DNA from: Paraspadella gotoi
Taxonomy: Eukaryota; Animalia; Chaetognatha
DNA: 64,000 bases
Direction of reading: 5' to 3'
Assembly: GCA_051294375.1 (NCBI GenBank)
Contig: CM119266.1
Span: 26,633,387-26,697,386, forward strand
Under the pieces are notes generated by a model. That model saw only the letters and a list, made by a program, of their open reading frames with translations. It had not been told where the DNA came from and made no database searches. Below are positions 21,325-33,352 of the stretch, in pieces; positions within the stretch are counted from its first letter, which is position 1; each line of letters opens with the position of its first letter. A program made the position numbers and the translations under genes.

Positions 21325-23421
21325 GGGGAGAGAGAGAGAGAGAGAAGGGGAGAGAGAGAAGGGGAGAGAGAGAGAGATGGTTGGGAGAGAGAGAGATGGT
21401 TGGACAGAGAGAAATAGAGAGAGAGAAAGGGAAAAGGCTTTAAAATTTTCTCCGACTTCCTGAGAGAAACTCTGAAGACAAGTATCACCAAACCCCCTTT
21501 TCAACCGCGACTAACGTGATACGTATTCCGTGCCCTGCAAGACGTGATCCTCGATGCGTTCCACGAGGTTGCTCTGATCCTCCGCAATCAACATCATCTC
21601 GACGAAGAGTTGGTGGAGTTCGCGGATGGAGTTTTCCAGTTTCTTTATGTCCGCCTGTCGGGCCTCGATGTCGGCCGTCGACTGTTTCGCCTCTTTGCGA
21701 GTGCGGGAGCTGAAGCTCTGAAGGATAATTGTTTTTAATCCTCAGCATTTGTTTCAAAGAAAAACAAATTGAGGTTATTAACGAACCAAAAATGAACGAT
21801 ATTATATATTTCTATTGAGGTGGTATATTCACACCACCTCACGTCCACGATCGTTTATACAATTGGCTCAGAGGAGGAACACACAATCCCAGGGTGTTGT
21901 GTTCCATCCACAGTCCTAACGACTTACCTCTGCGTTGGCAAAGCGAGACCGTCCTAGGGTAACCGCGCCAGTGACTGGATGCGTCACTGAGGGTCGGAAG
22001 CCCCCAAAACCAACAGATGCCCCATCACAATAGGCATCACAGGCAACCCGGCTGTTGCCATACTATATTCAATATTCATATCGCAATCATAGAAAATATT
22101 ATAATTAAAGTTTGTGTAATGTTGTTAACTGTCCCATATACTTCCGAATGCAGTTAATCATCACTTAAAATGCTTTCTCTAAATATAAAATTCAGACTCA
22201 AACCCAAGTCCCCACACAGACCCACGGTCCCACACCCAATGCCCCACAACCTTCGTGAGGAGGTGGACGTTTCCGGTTGCGAGCATTTTCTCGAGCTCCT
22301 CTTCAGTGACGCTTCTTCCGGTGATTTTAAGTTGACGCCGAATTCGCTGTTTGCATTTTTCGCGAAAGTCGTTCTGCGATAAACGAGGGTGAAGAGAATT
22401 AGGGTAAGGGCTGCGGAAACGGAGAATAAAACAAAATTTTACATTCTCCGACTGGGATTTTCGCTTCTTATCAGGCGTTTATATACATCAAGTTAATGAT
22501 ACCGATGCTTTTATACCAGTTCGGGGAATCAGAACATTTTCGAACCATCATGAATACTTCTCCCGTGATCCGACCTTGACTTGGGTGTAAGTCCGCATTG
22601 ATTCGACGAAATCTGCAAACAAAGACGAGTGACGTGTTCGTCGAATTCTCGCGCGGTCGCCGTCACCCTCGTGGTACACGGGAGCGATGTTGTCGAGACG
22701 AGATCTGACCGAGAAGGCCAAGCGTTTGGTCTGAGGAAGAGGAACGATTTTCTTTGAGCTCGAACGTAACAACGAATTTAAATTAAAAACTGATACCGTT
22801 TTTGGTCAGAAAAATTAAAAATTTCAAAATATTTAACATCCCACGCAGTGTCAAGAAATTACATTTTCCATAACTTCCTCCAAATTCTTATTAATTTCTA
22901 TGTTATCGGAGGTGGAGAGGAGCGACGAGTGTAGCTTGTTCAAGACGTCAACATTGGAGCGAATCTGGAGATTAGAGACGTGGATTTCTTCGGCCAGAGC
23001 GAGAAATTCGTCCAAGTCGGATTCGCTCTTAAAGGTAAAGGGGGGGGGGAAAGAAGGATGAAACGTATTATACTTAAAACCTACGATTGAACAAATGTTT
23101 TCACCATCAACGTTTTTGAAAATTTAAGATTAAGACTTTGACTTTACTCGCTACTCAATATTACTCAATACTCGGTAAAAAAAGAAATTGCGTTAAACTT
23201 ATTATTATTATTATTAATTATTATTTATATTTATTAATATCACTTTATTATTATTACTATTTGTCAATTTGATTTAAATATCTTACCGATAATCTGCGTC
23301 TATTTTCCTCGATGGCCACGCCGCTGCTCGTCGGCTGCTCCTCCGCGATGTTGAGATCGACTCCTCCAGATTCTGACGCGGTCGTCGATCGATGGAATTC
23401 GACGCGGAGGAAGTTCGACAT
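20747..23421 (-). CDS. Syntaxin-1-like Qa-SNARE, 6 exons
   Basis: DRARIRRTRHSSLFADFVESM, DFREKCKQRIRRQLKITGRSVTEEELEKML (exon 22251-22373), SNARE motif IEARQADIKKLENSIRELHQLFVEMMLIAEDQSNLVERIEDHV, C-terminal TM MFIYAILATVVVSVVIILIIYF. Confidence 0.92.
21211..21425. repeat. GA-rich simple repeat
   Basis: Interrupted (GA)n/gagaagggga units in a syntaxin intron. Confidence 0.9.
21821..22062 (-). repeat. Repeat family B (~245 bp, GC-rich, multi-hairpin), copy 1
   Basis: Reverse complement aligns by eye over its full length to 55281-55529. Confidence 0.8.
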
Positions 23422-23865
23422 TCTGTCTCGAATCGTCGAGTGGTGACGGGTAAGTGCTTACTTTTTTTGAGGAGAAGTTGGAATGATGCGGGAATTTCGG
23501 AATTATAACAGAGCCGGATATTTATATTTTGAGCGGAGTTTCGAGGGTAGAAAAATTGGTAATTTTTTTGATATTATAAGCGCGACTAGAGATAACAGCC
23601 TGGAAATAGAAAATAGGAAATAAAAACTATCATTTAATAGTTGAAACCAGTTAGCAAAGTCTAGACCTACTGATGGTTGGATTCTTCTCGTTAGAGTCAA
23701 TAAAGAAAGAATCGGGAAGGAAGAAAGAATATTGCTGGGGCATAAATTGAAAATTAGAGAGAACGAGTGAGAGAAATGCGGTCACATTTAGAAAACGTGT
23801 CTCATTTTCGATCCTGATAAAAATTAGCCAGAATCTCTGTTGCGTCCTTAACTTGACCGTGGTTT

Positions 23866-23915
<50 letters not shown>

Positions 23916-24543
23916 TCTCTCACCCTCAGTGAGCGTGCACCAGTGCACGAAGAACTCGAAGAACTCCGATAAGAAAATATTGAAGCCAAGGCAATCTCAT
24001 TAAAACATAATGCATTTATTGGTTTTGTTTTTTTACAATATGCAATACGCAAAGAATAGAGACTATATAACTTGATAATTAGTTGTTTTTAACTTTCAAG
24101 ATAATATGCTTTGAAAAATCCTTTTTACATATTAGAAATATTGAATGCATAATATTGAAGAAAAGCCATTTATAATTTTAAAAAAAGGCAAGTACGTGAT
24201 CAAATTACAAACTTTGTAGATTTAAAACATCCAAAAAACAAAAGAAAAATCGAACAAACAGGAATTGTTTCATCACTTCATAAATCAAAATCATTCATCA
24301 TTCATGAATCGTTCTTCTCGAGTTTTTCTCGATGCGTCGATCTTGACCGCTTCAAGATTTTCCTCCTCCTCCATCTGCCTCTCCTGTCCCGCTTATCTCG
24401 CCCAGCCCATTCCACGGCCAGAGACTTTAATTTCTGTACATTGCACAATTTCTTTTTCTCATTGTCCGACTCCGCCTCTTAATCCTCGTCGTCTTCCAAG
24501 GGGGAGTCGCCAAAGATTCCGAAATCCCCAGTTCTAGGCTTTG

Positions 24544-26669
24544 TTATAAAATGAGGCATCGGCGTGATTCTTTGGAAGAACAGGCATCTGAAAAAAATTT
24601 GAGTATTATTTTTCAGAATTGAGAGTTCGCGAGTCACTGTGTCTTTTGTTTTTTAGACAAATCGCAAGCTACTACCCGCGCCTCCAGCGTCGTTTTCGGG
24701 AATATATTGTTCTTCTGTATCCGAATCTGAACCGTAGTCGTCGAGCGAAGCGAAAGCGCCACAGTTGACAATTCTAAAAAAATTTATAAACATTAAAAAA
24801 AAAAAAAAAAACTGTATTAGCAATTAGAACAATAGAAAATAGTTTGCAGCAACATTAAATCATGATTGACAACGACCACTCAGCCCCTAAATTCTCCAAC
24901 ACTCCGTCAAAAAGACCTGCAGTCCCTGAAAGGTCGATTGTCACGCGGGTCTGTGGGTTCACGCTCGATCTCTCTGACCACGCCCATCCCACGCAAGACG
25001 CGACCGAAGACGACGTGGCGCTTGTTGAGATGAGGCGTCGCCGTCGTCGTCACGAAAAATTGAGATCCGTTCGTGTTTTTGCCTCTGGGAAGAAAAAGTC
25101 GAGTTATTTATTCGTTATAATTTTCATAATTTAATTTCATCATTCAAAATCTTTTCATTTCACTAAAAAAAGTTTAAGGAAAACAAAGTACTTTCAGCCA
25201 CCTGTTGGCCATCGAAAGAAGACCCGGGACAGAATGCTTTAACAGAAAGTTTTCGTCGTCGAAAAGTGAACCGTAGATGGATTCACCGCCAGTCCCGTTG
25301 AAGGACGTGAAATCCCCGCCTTAGGAAAATTAATTTTACGATTCAAGTAAATATCTGAATGAATTAATGTTTGATTGACTGAGTTAACTATTGCCTTCTG
25401 GACTACAAGAGAAATTTTGCATACGCAATTGAGTATTAATTTATCTTTATAAATGTCGACTCCTTGTTTATTAACCGTAAGTATTATTAAAAAAAAATCG
25501 GAAGAAATTCTTTACTAAGTTTGCCATTTCTAGCCATTAGGCATTACCCTGTATCATAAAGTTTGGAATGACCCTGTGGAAGATGGAACCCTTGTAGTGC
25601 AACGGGACACCCTTAAAGGTTTCCCCGGCGTCTCCCACGCAGAGGCGCCGAAAATTCTCCGCCGTGATCGGAACCATGTCGCTGGAAAAGGACAGTGGAC
25701 AATAATTATTGTCCATTGTCGACTCTCATTCCCACTGGACATGGAAACGGAAACGGGATTGAGAGTGGACATTGGACATTGGACATTGACCAATGGGGGA
25801 AAGAAATAATCTAATAGAGAAATGGAAATGATGAATTGGGAAAGCAGAATAGGAATAGAAAGCGAATATGGATTAAATTCCAAAAAAATAATTTAAAGAA
25901 TAATTAAATGAAGGAAATAGTTGATAAGCATAGTAATCTCGAAGAGAATGAAAGAAAGTCGGACATAGCCATAGAAAAATAATAAATGGAAGTGAAAACA
26001 AGTGAACAACCGAGTTGCCAATAGAGAAGACCGTTAAAATACGATCCTTCAAATAAACAGCAATCAACTGCTGGCCTAAGTTAACTATATGGCGGACAGA
26101 AAGACAGCGCATACGAAGCCCGAATTGCGGGATTGAATTTTATTTTAGAGACAAATAGGGAAAGGTATTTTTCAAAAATGGTAATAGAATCCCGAAGAAA
26201 TTCAAGTAGATTTCCTCAGGATAAAAAGGAAGATATATGTAAAAACATGTGTCAAAATTATATATAAATAATACATATAGTTCATTCATTCATATGATTT
26301 AAAAAATTATTTTATTCTCGTTTACGAAATAAATATATTCTTACAACATGCAAAGTAAATTCTTATTCAACTTCAAGAAATAAATCTGTTTGCGTAAAAC
26401 TGAAATTGAAAGATGGCAGAAGATTTCCCACTCGACCCAAAAGATAATAAACAAAGGAATCCTCTCAAAAACAGGGGAAGAATTGAAACCCAAAAAGTAG
26501 AGCAAAAACCTCAAAACTTGTGAAAGTAAATAAATTAATAACTTGAAATAAACCTGAAAAGTTCGAAGACGATTCGTCCAACGAAGTCGTCGCCGATTTC
26601 GATGTCGAAAAAAACCATCGGGTTTTGAGGATTCGGTTCCGAGTTTGAATAATCGACGTGCGTCGCCAT
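24544..26669 (-). CDS. Cyclophilin-type peptidyl-prolyl isomerase, Cyp40/PPID-like catalytic domain without TPRs
   Basis: [98 protein letters not shown]. Last exon (24587-24544) inferred; unspliced read-through would stop near 24653. Confidence 0.9.
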
Positions 26670-29600
26670 CTTCCCTTCGATTGTTTTTTTGTTTTCTTTT
26701 TGTTTGTTTACCTTTCGTCTCTACTCTGCCGCTCGATCGCTTTTGGATAAACCGTCAGGTTTCAGAATGAAGCTATTATCGATTTCGCATCTTGATTGAG
26801 AAAAAAAATATTTTGATCCTTGGTTAAAACGAGGAAGAGGAAGAGAACGAAATCCGGCTAAATTCATTGCTGCGTGTTCGACATAATCGTCGTTAGCATC
26901 ATCACTATCATCCTTACTATCGTTTTCGTCGTCGTCGTCGTCGTCGTAGTCGTCGTCTTTTCCTGTTGAAAAAGATTCACCTTTGGTTTTTCTTGCGGCC
27001 AAAACTTCAGAAATGAAAATCATCGTTATCGCCGTTGCAGACGTCATGATCATCATCTGCATCGTTATCATTGTCATGATCATCATCTTCGTCATCATTT
27101 TTATCTTAATCATCGTTATTCTCGAAAAAACATCGACACCTCAGTGAAATCCGCTTCACCGCGTGAATCTTCGTCGTCGTCGTCGTCGTTTTCAGTTAAA
27201 AATAACTTGGACGCCTTTCGGACGAGAGGGTTAATGATTCAACAAGACAACCTGTTCAGTAGTTCACCGTAAATCATGATTTTTATTCTACTAAGATGTC
27301 TTTATTTCGATAAAAGGGTTTCACCTCTTCTTCCAAAGAACGAAACAATTTTATCTCACCAACGATTGACTGACTGACTGACTGATCGATCGATCTCCAG
27401 AAATGTTTTCAGAGGCCTGATAGAACAAGCGCCATGAAGGAACCAAGTGTTGGAAAAAAAATATCTCTATCGATTTTGAGATTTTTTTTCAAAATAAATA
27501 GGTATCTAGAGTTCAAGATTTTTTTGACTAATTATAATTGTTTACTGACTCAACGTAGTACATAAACAAAAAAAAACTTTCAAATAAATATTTGCTCTTC
27601 AAATGCGATCAGTCTATTTCGTTAAATTAGTACGGATAAAATTGGATAATAACGCGATTAAATCAAAGTGTTAATTATAATACTTGTTTCCAAGTTAATT
27701 ATCAAGCGAGTATTGTTATCGAGTTATAAAAAAATCAAGAATAAATTATTAGTAAATGACGATTATGTCGTAGCCGACCGCGGGTGACGCCAATGGAACA
27801 CCCGCGGGGACCTCTGAGAGACGCTGGTTGGACACAAAACGGAATCGTAGAACAACGTTGCTTCATTTGCAACGTAATGTTAAAATCAATGTAAAGCAAT
27901 GTATATCGTCAAATATAATCGTGGGAAATTCGTAAACATTGTGGAGAGAAACGTTGCTCGATCGAGCGCCTTTTGTTCTTCGTCCTTTTTTTTGTTTTTT
28001 GGTTATAGTTTTCTTATTTCGTTTGTTTTCTTTTTTTTTTTTTTGCCCAAAATCAAAAACGAAACAGGAACTGGATTCGACGGAATATCTCGTCTACAAT
28101 CGAAAAGGGGTCGAACGTAATGGATGGGTGCGGCAATGTTTTGACGCCACGTCAAAGCCGCATCAAAGAGAAAATAAATCTGGGACACACCAACATATTT
28201 GTGAACATATAGTATTAGGCTGGAGTTCAGTGACAAGAAAAATAAAATTGACGTGCCTCAAAACCGAATCTGGGAAATCACTGAGATCGCGCTCAGGTCA
28301 TCTGTGATAATGAGGATGATAAGGGTAATGGAAATTATTATTTTATTTTTATTTATTGATATGGCTTAAAGTTTTACTAAATAATTAAATGCTCGCCGAG
28401 AGAGTCGTTTCACACTTTCCTTTCCAGGCGACACGACTCGCCGGGCGGCGATACACATCGCCGCGACATTTCGATGGCCCTTTCGTGACCGAGGCCGTGC
28501 CTACGCGGCGAGACGCCGGACGCGAAATGACATGAGGCGAGGCGCTAGATAACGCGTGACGCGCGACATTACGAGACGTGACGCTCGACATGATGAACCA
28601 AAACAAACGGCGGAATTTTTCGAACCTTCACAACGAATGAGTGATAGAAATTTCGAGAAGGGATAAAATACGTCGAGGAGTAGCAGGAGCAGTTCGCGAT
28701 ACATTTTGTTCTCATAAATAGATATTTTTGGTGTTTTTTTCGTTCTCACGCCTGCAGCACGAAAGATACGCGACGAAACGAACGCGTAAGAAGATTATTT
28801 CGTCATAATTTTGGCGTTCGAACTCGAAAGGAAAAAGAAAACAAAAGGGAATCAATTTCTGAGTTTTTTGACAGGGGGGCAGAAAGGGTGAGTAATGGAA
28901 AAGGAAAGGGCCAACGAAAAAGAAAACATGTAATCCATTCTTCCGACGTCATATCGACACGCGTGGCTATGAAACGGGATTTTGTCATAGGTTTTTACGT
29001 AGGCTATTGCTTCCCCATTTTGTCTTCACCCTACTGCAAAATCATTTTTTGGGGGAAATATCTAATCTAAATTAAACATATTGCGTAAATGTATACATTT
29101 TAAATTTTAATCGGATATTTTTGAATTTATGGATAGAAGTGAAGCTAAATTGAAATCCATTTATAGGTAAATTTATCAATTCTTTCAAATCTTATTTATT
29201 TTTTAAAAAATAATTTAAAAATTAAAATGGTGTCGATATGGAGTTCGGCAAAACGGAAACCTCTTCGCCGTTTCCATGGGACATTAATCCGGCCTTTTTA
29301 ACTCCACTTTGGTCTTTCGAAGAAAAGGTGTCACAACGTTTGACCCCCTTTCTCAGACCATTTTACGACCACTTACGCCACTTTGACCACCTTTGCCGAC
29401 CTAGCTGACCCCTCCCCCTTTTTTTTCCCCGAGATCGACTTCTGGAAGAAGATGGTTACTTTTTTCTCGCCGCTAAATTCTGGAGAGTCTGGGCGGCGAA
29501 AACGGATGAAATGGCCGATAAAATGGCGGACAAAATGGCGGCCGATTCCAAAGGGAAATGGATTGGGACAAAAAAAGCCCCAACGTTTTCTTCGTACTTG

Positions 29601-30104
29601 TGGTGGTCGGCTAAAAAGTCGGTCAATTAGCTTAGTGGGTTAACGTCGGTTGAACACCGAGGTCATATGGATAACCTGACGTCTTGGTGTTTGCTTAAAA
29701 ACGCAGAGTACAAAGGTAATCTTAATGTAAGACGTTTAAAAATGACAACGATTTACAATATTAGATAAAATGAGATAAAATACAAATTCTTTTAATATTG
29801 GTAAACAGTTTGAAAATCGTTGTCAATGTCTAAAATACAAGAAAGTAAGGATTGAAATCATAGGATCATACATGATATACTCGTCACCTCAAGAGAATGA
29901 TAATTTTATGAAAAATACAGGATACATTTTCATCGAAATCTTCGCTGAACCGCGGGGGTACAGAGTGAATCTTAATGTAAGACTTTTCATGTGAAAGATG
30001 GTTCACTGCATCGCGTTCGAAAAAAAAACCCGGTAGCGGAAAAAAAAAATATTTAATTCAACCTTTCAGTTGAATCCGAATTTAGGGAAAAAAACTAAAA
30101 GGAC

Positions 30105-32441
30105 TCATCCGAATCTGAATGGAATGGCCCGTTTGCCGAACCGGAAGGGGATCGGGGCGCGCTTGCCGAAGCGGAACGGGATGGCGCGCTTCATGGCGGC
30201 GTTGAAGGCGGCGTCGTTGATGGCGGTGGCGTCGGTGAGGTCGGCGTCGTCCAGGAAAGCCTCGTCGTAGTAGAAGGCGTCGAGCGGCGCCGTGAGAAAG
30301 TCCGCGTCGTCCATTCTGAGGTGGAGATCAAAGATGGCGGAATTGAGTGAGAGATGTTGGGCCTTTTGTTTTCTTTAAATTTTTTGTTTAAATTTTATAA
30401 CTTTGATAAGAAGCGATTCAACGATTGAAACATTACAAAAAAAATGTTATGCCACTTGATTAATAGGGAAGACAGGGAAGCTCATGGAGTTAATGAAATA
30501 GACTTAGATAATCTTGATTGAAAGCTTGCGGGGTCCTGCTATATGAAATTGATACAATCAATATAAATATATATTTTAATCATGTAACCTTAACCCACCA
30601 TAGCCTGTTCAAGGTTCAAAGTCAGGGGCAAGATAGGTTATATATTGAAAAAGTGAATAATTTTCATATGTTGTATCAATTTCATGAATTTATAATTTCA
30701 GCCATCTGTTCTCAGTGCCCAAGAATTCCGGATCAGGTTTTAAATTTACATTTTTGCATAAATTTCTAGTAATTAGTAGTTTTAATTTTTTTTTTACTGA
30801 GCCACTGAAAATCCCAGGTCGGTTCTTACACGCCGCCTATCAGCGCTGCCACTCTGACCCAACCCAATACTCAATCGCTCACCTCCACTTGTCATCCCTC
30901 TTTCCGTATCTTAACGGGATTCTCGGCGTCCTCTTGTCCGGTCGCGCCGACGACGCGGATTCCACTTCGGCGCCGGATTCCGCCGAGTTTCCGGCGCGTT
31001 TGCCGAAACGGAAGGGAATGACTTTTCCTCGTTTGCCGAACCTTGTGGGGATGGCGCTGCGGAGGGGGGGACGTCAGAAAAATGGTGTCAACGTTAAAGT
31101 TTTAACATTCGTCCACGGTTCTAGTGAAAACAAAAAAATTATATTTTCTTGATAATTGTTTTCATTTTAAATAAAATTTATTAAGTTAGTTTTTTTCTAA
31201 CTTTTAACAACTCCTTGCGGCCCACGTTTGGAGAAACCGACTCGTCAGCTACTTACTCATAGGGCATTCGTTTTCCCTCGTACATCATGGAGTCGGCGTC
31301 GTCATTCATGTCGACGTCGAGTCCCGCCTCGGCGCCCTCAAAATCGCCGCCGCCGCCGCCGCCGACGCCGCCGACGCCGCTCCGCTTTCCGAACCGGAAG
31401 GGGATTGGCTTGCCTCTCTTTGTCTAAAGTTATGAAGATCGAAAGTCTTTAAAAGTTTATAACTTGTTTGCAGAATCGATACTAGCCGATTATGGAAAAG
31501 CGTGGATAAATTTATCGCTAAGTCGATTATTATTATTTTTTTAATCGCATTGCCTAGGATGCCTAGTATGCATTTGAAGCTAATTAAGACTAATATATCT
31601 TGACTTTCTCAGAGAAAAACGCTCTAGTTAATTTGACTATGGTTAGTAAGGCATAGTAAAATTTCTAAATTTAACTTAAATTAAAATTCTAAAAGTGAGG
31701 AACAACAACATTAACTGAATAAACATTTATGTCAATAAAAATTTTATAATAAATTTTACAATTTACACAGTAGGCCATATTTATACTAGTACTAATCCAA
31801 TAAATGTTAAAATTTTAAAACATGTTTTTCTAAGATTTTTTTGCAGATTTGGATTCGTCATAAAAAGTTGATAAAAAGAAATATAACTCTTTTTAAAAAA
31901 TTCCTTCATTAAGTGGGTCAAAAATTAGAAAAAAACTATATTTTTAAGCTGAAAATTAACTTTTTATATATCAAATATAGTTTTTTAAAAAATTTTTAAC
32001 CCACTTAATGAAAGAATTTTAAAAATGAGTTATATTTTCTTTTATCAACTTTTGACGAGGAATTCAAATCTGCATCAAAATTAAGAAAAGCCTATGTTAA
32101 AATTTTTCAATTTTATAAGGATAGTACTATATATAAATAGTAGCCTACTGCGAAAATTAAAAAACATAAAATTAATTTTTTTTACAAATTAATGTTCACT
32201 GATGGTATGTTGTTCATAATTGACATTTAGAATTTTTGTATGTAACTTTCACTACGCCTTAATGGTTAGTGGTTATTCAATATTCATGGAACTTCTACGT
32301 AAACGCGCAGAATCTTCTTGACTAAAGCGAATTGTTTATCAGGCGTAAATTAAATCTGGAGCTCACCTGTGAATCATCACAAGAAATAGTAGCAGCGATT
32401 GCGAGGAGAAGAACACCAACAAATAATGAAGGAAATTCCAT
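30105..32441 (-). CDS. Amidated neuropeptide precursor (IPFRFamide / PxRFamide / RYamide), 4 coding exons
   Basis: Signal peptide exon 32441-32367 (MEFPSLFVGVLLLAIAATISC), then exons ~31423-31257, ~31056-30884, ~30315-30105 join in frame; seven KR-flanked peptides ending RF-G or RY-G, with acidic spacers. Confidence 0.93.
30455..30685 (-). mobile_element. Repeat family A, diverged copy with internal inverted end
   Basis: cttgattgaaagcttgcggggtcctgcta...agtcaggggcaagatag...ttgtatcaatttcat, plus an inverted tatgaaattgatacaatcaatataaa at ~30542. Confidence 0.65.
31647..32261. mobile_element. Non-autonomous hAT-like MITE with long inverted arms and 8-bp target-site duplication
   Basis: Ends taaggcatagtaaaa / tttcactacgcctta; ~300-bp imperfect inverted arms; identical flanks ATGGTTAG at 31639-31646 and 32262-32269. 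Confidence 0.8.
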
Positions 32442-33220
32442 ATTCTATTTAAGAATAAAACAAATGGTCATTTTTTTTAAATTATTTTTTTCAAGTCAGA
32501 AAATCACCGGAAATATCGTGGGTTCTACATAATAACTAAAGATCAATCACCAATCAATCACGACCGAAAACAACAATCAACGGACCCAAATGAAAATTAA
32601 CTTGACATGAGAAGTCAGATGATGACTTTCATTTTAAACGCAATGTCAAAAAAATGCGTCTGCGTAGCAAATGTCATTGTAAACACGAATGTCCAATGTC
32701 AAAAATCACAAACTTTATTTCATATGAAGGAGTTCATTCAAAAAGATGACTTTAAAAATCCCTCCTCACTTCAAAATTTGCCCCAAAAAAAAAAAAGAAA
32801 AAAAAAAGAATAAGGTTGTTTTCGCTTCATGATTTTTGCGTGAACATTCATAAGGAAAACAAACAAAAGGGAAGAAAAGAACCGAGTCTCCTTTTCTTCT
32901 ATCGACGTGAGCAAGGTCGAGTTTTGGAAAGGAGAAGCTAATTTCAAGCCTCTTGACTCTCAAAACAATTTCATTTTGAAAAATATAAAAAAAGAAATTC
33001 AAATTTAAATTAGACAAACATTGAGAAGTGTGGAAGGCGGGAAAAAAAAACTCAAGAGGGACAGAACTTTTAAATGAAAAAAGTAAATGTTAAAATATTA
33101 TGAAATCAATTAAATTTGTGGTTTCCGTTTTCGGAAAAGATATTTTTAACATCATTTTTTACTTTAATAATTTTCTAAACCACTTTGTTTGTTTTCCTTT
33201 CATTACGTTGCGTTATTTGT

Positions 33221-33352
33221 TTGAGGTAGAAAACGAGTTTTATCAAGGAACATAAATTTCGGACATGTTTGGGCTTCATGTAAGAACATGTCCGAAATTT
33301 ATGTTTCTTAATAAAACTTGTACGTTAACAAACAATTCATTTTTTACCTCAA
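33221..33352. repeat. Long hairpin / inverted repeat
   Basis: acataaatttcggacatgtt...aacatgtccgaaatttatgt plus outer arms ttgaggta...tacctcaa. Confidence 0.75.

Noticed and set aside
26721-27260. Asp-rich putative coding region upstream of the cyclophilin
   Set aside because: GAC/GAT triplet-rich, but the acidic frame is interrupted by stops and shifts; no coherent gene model.
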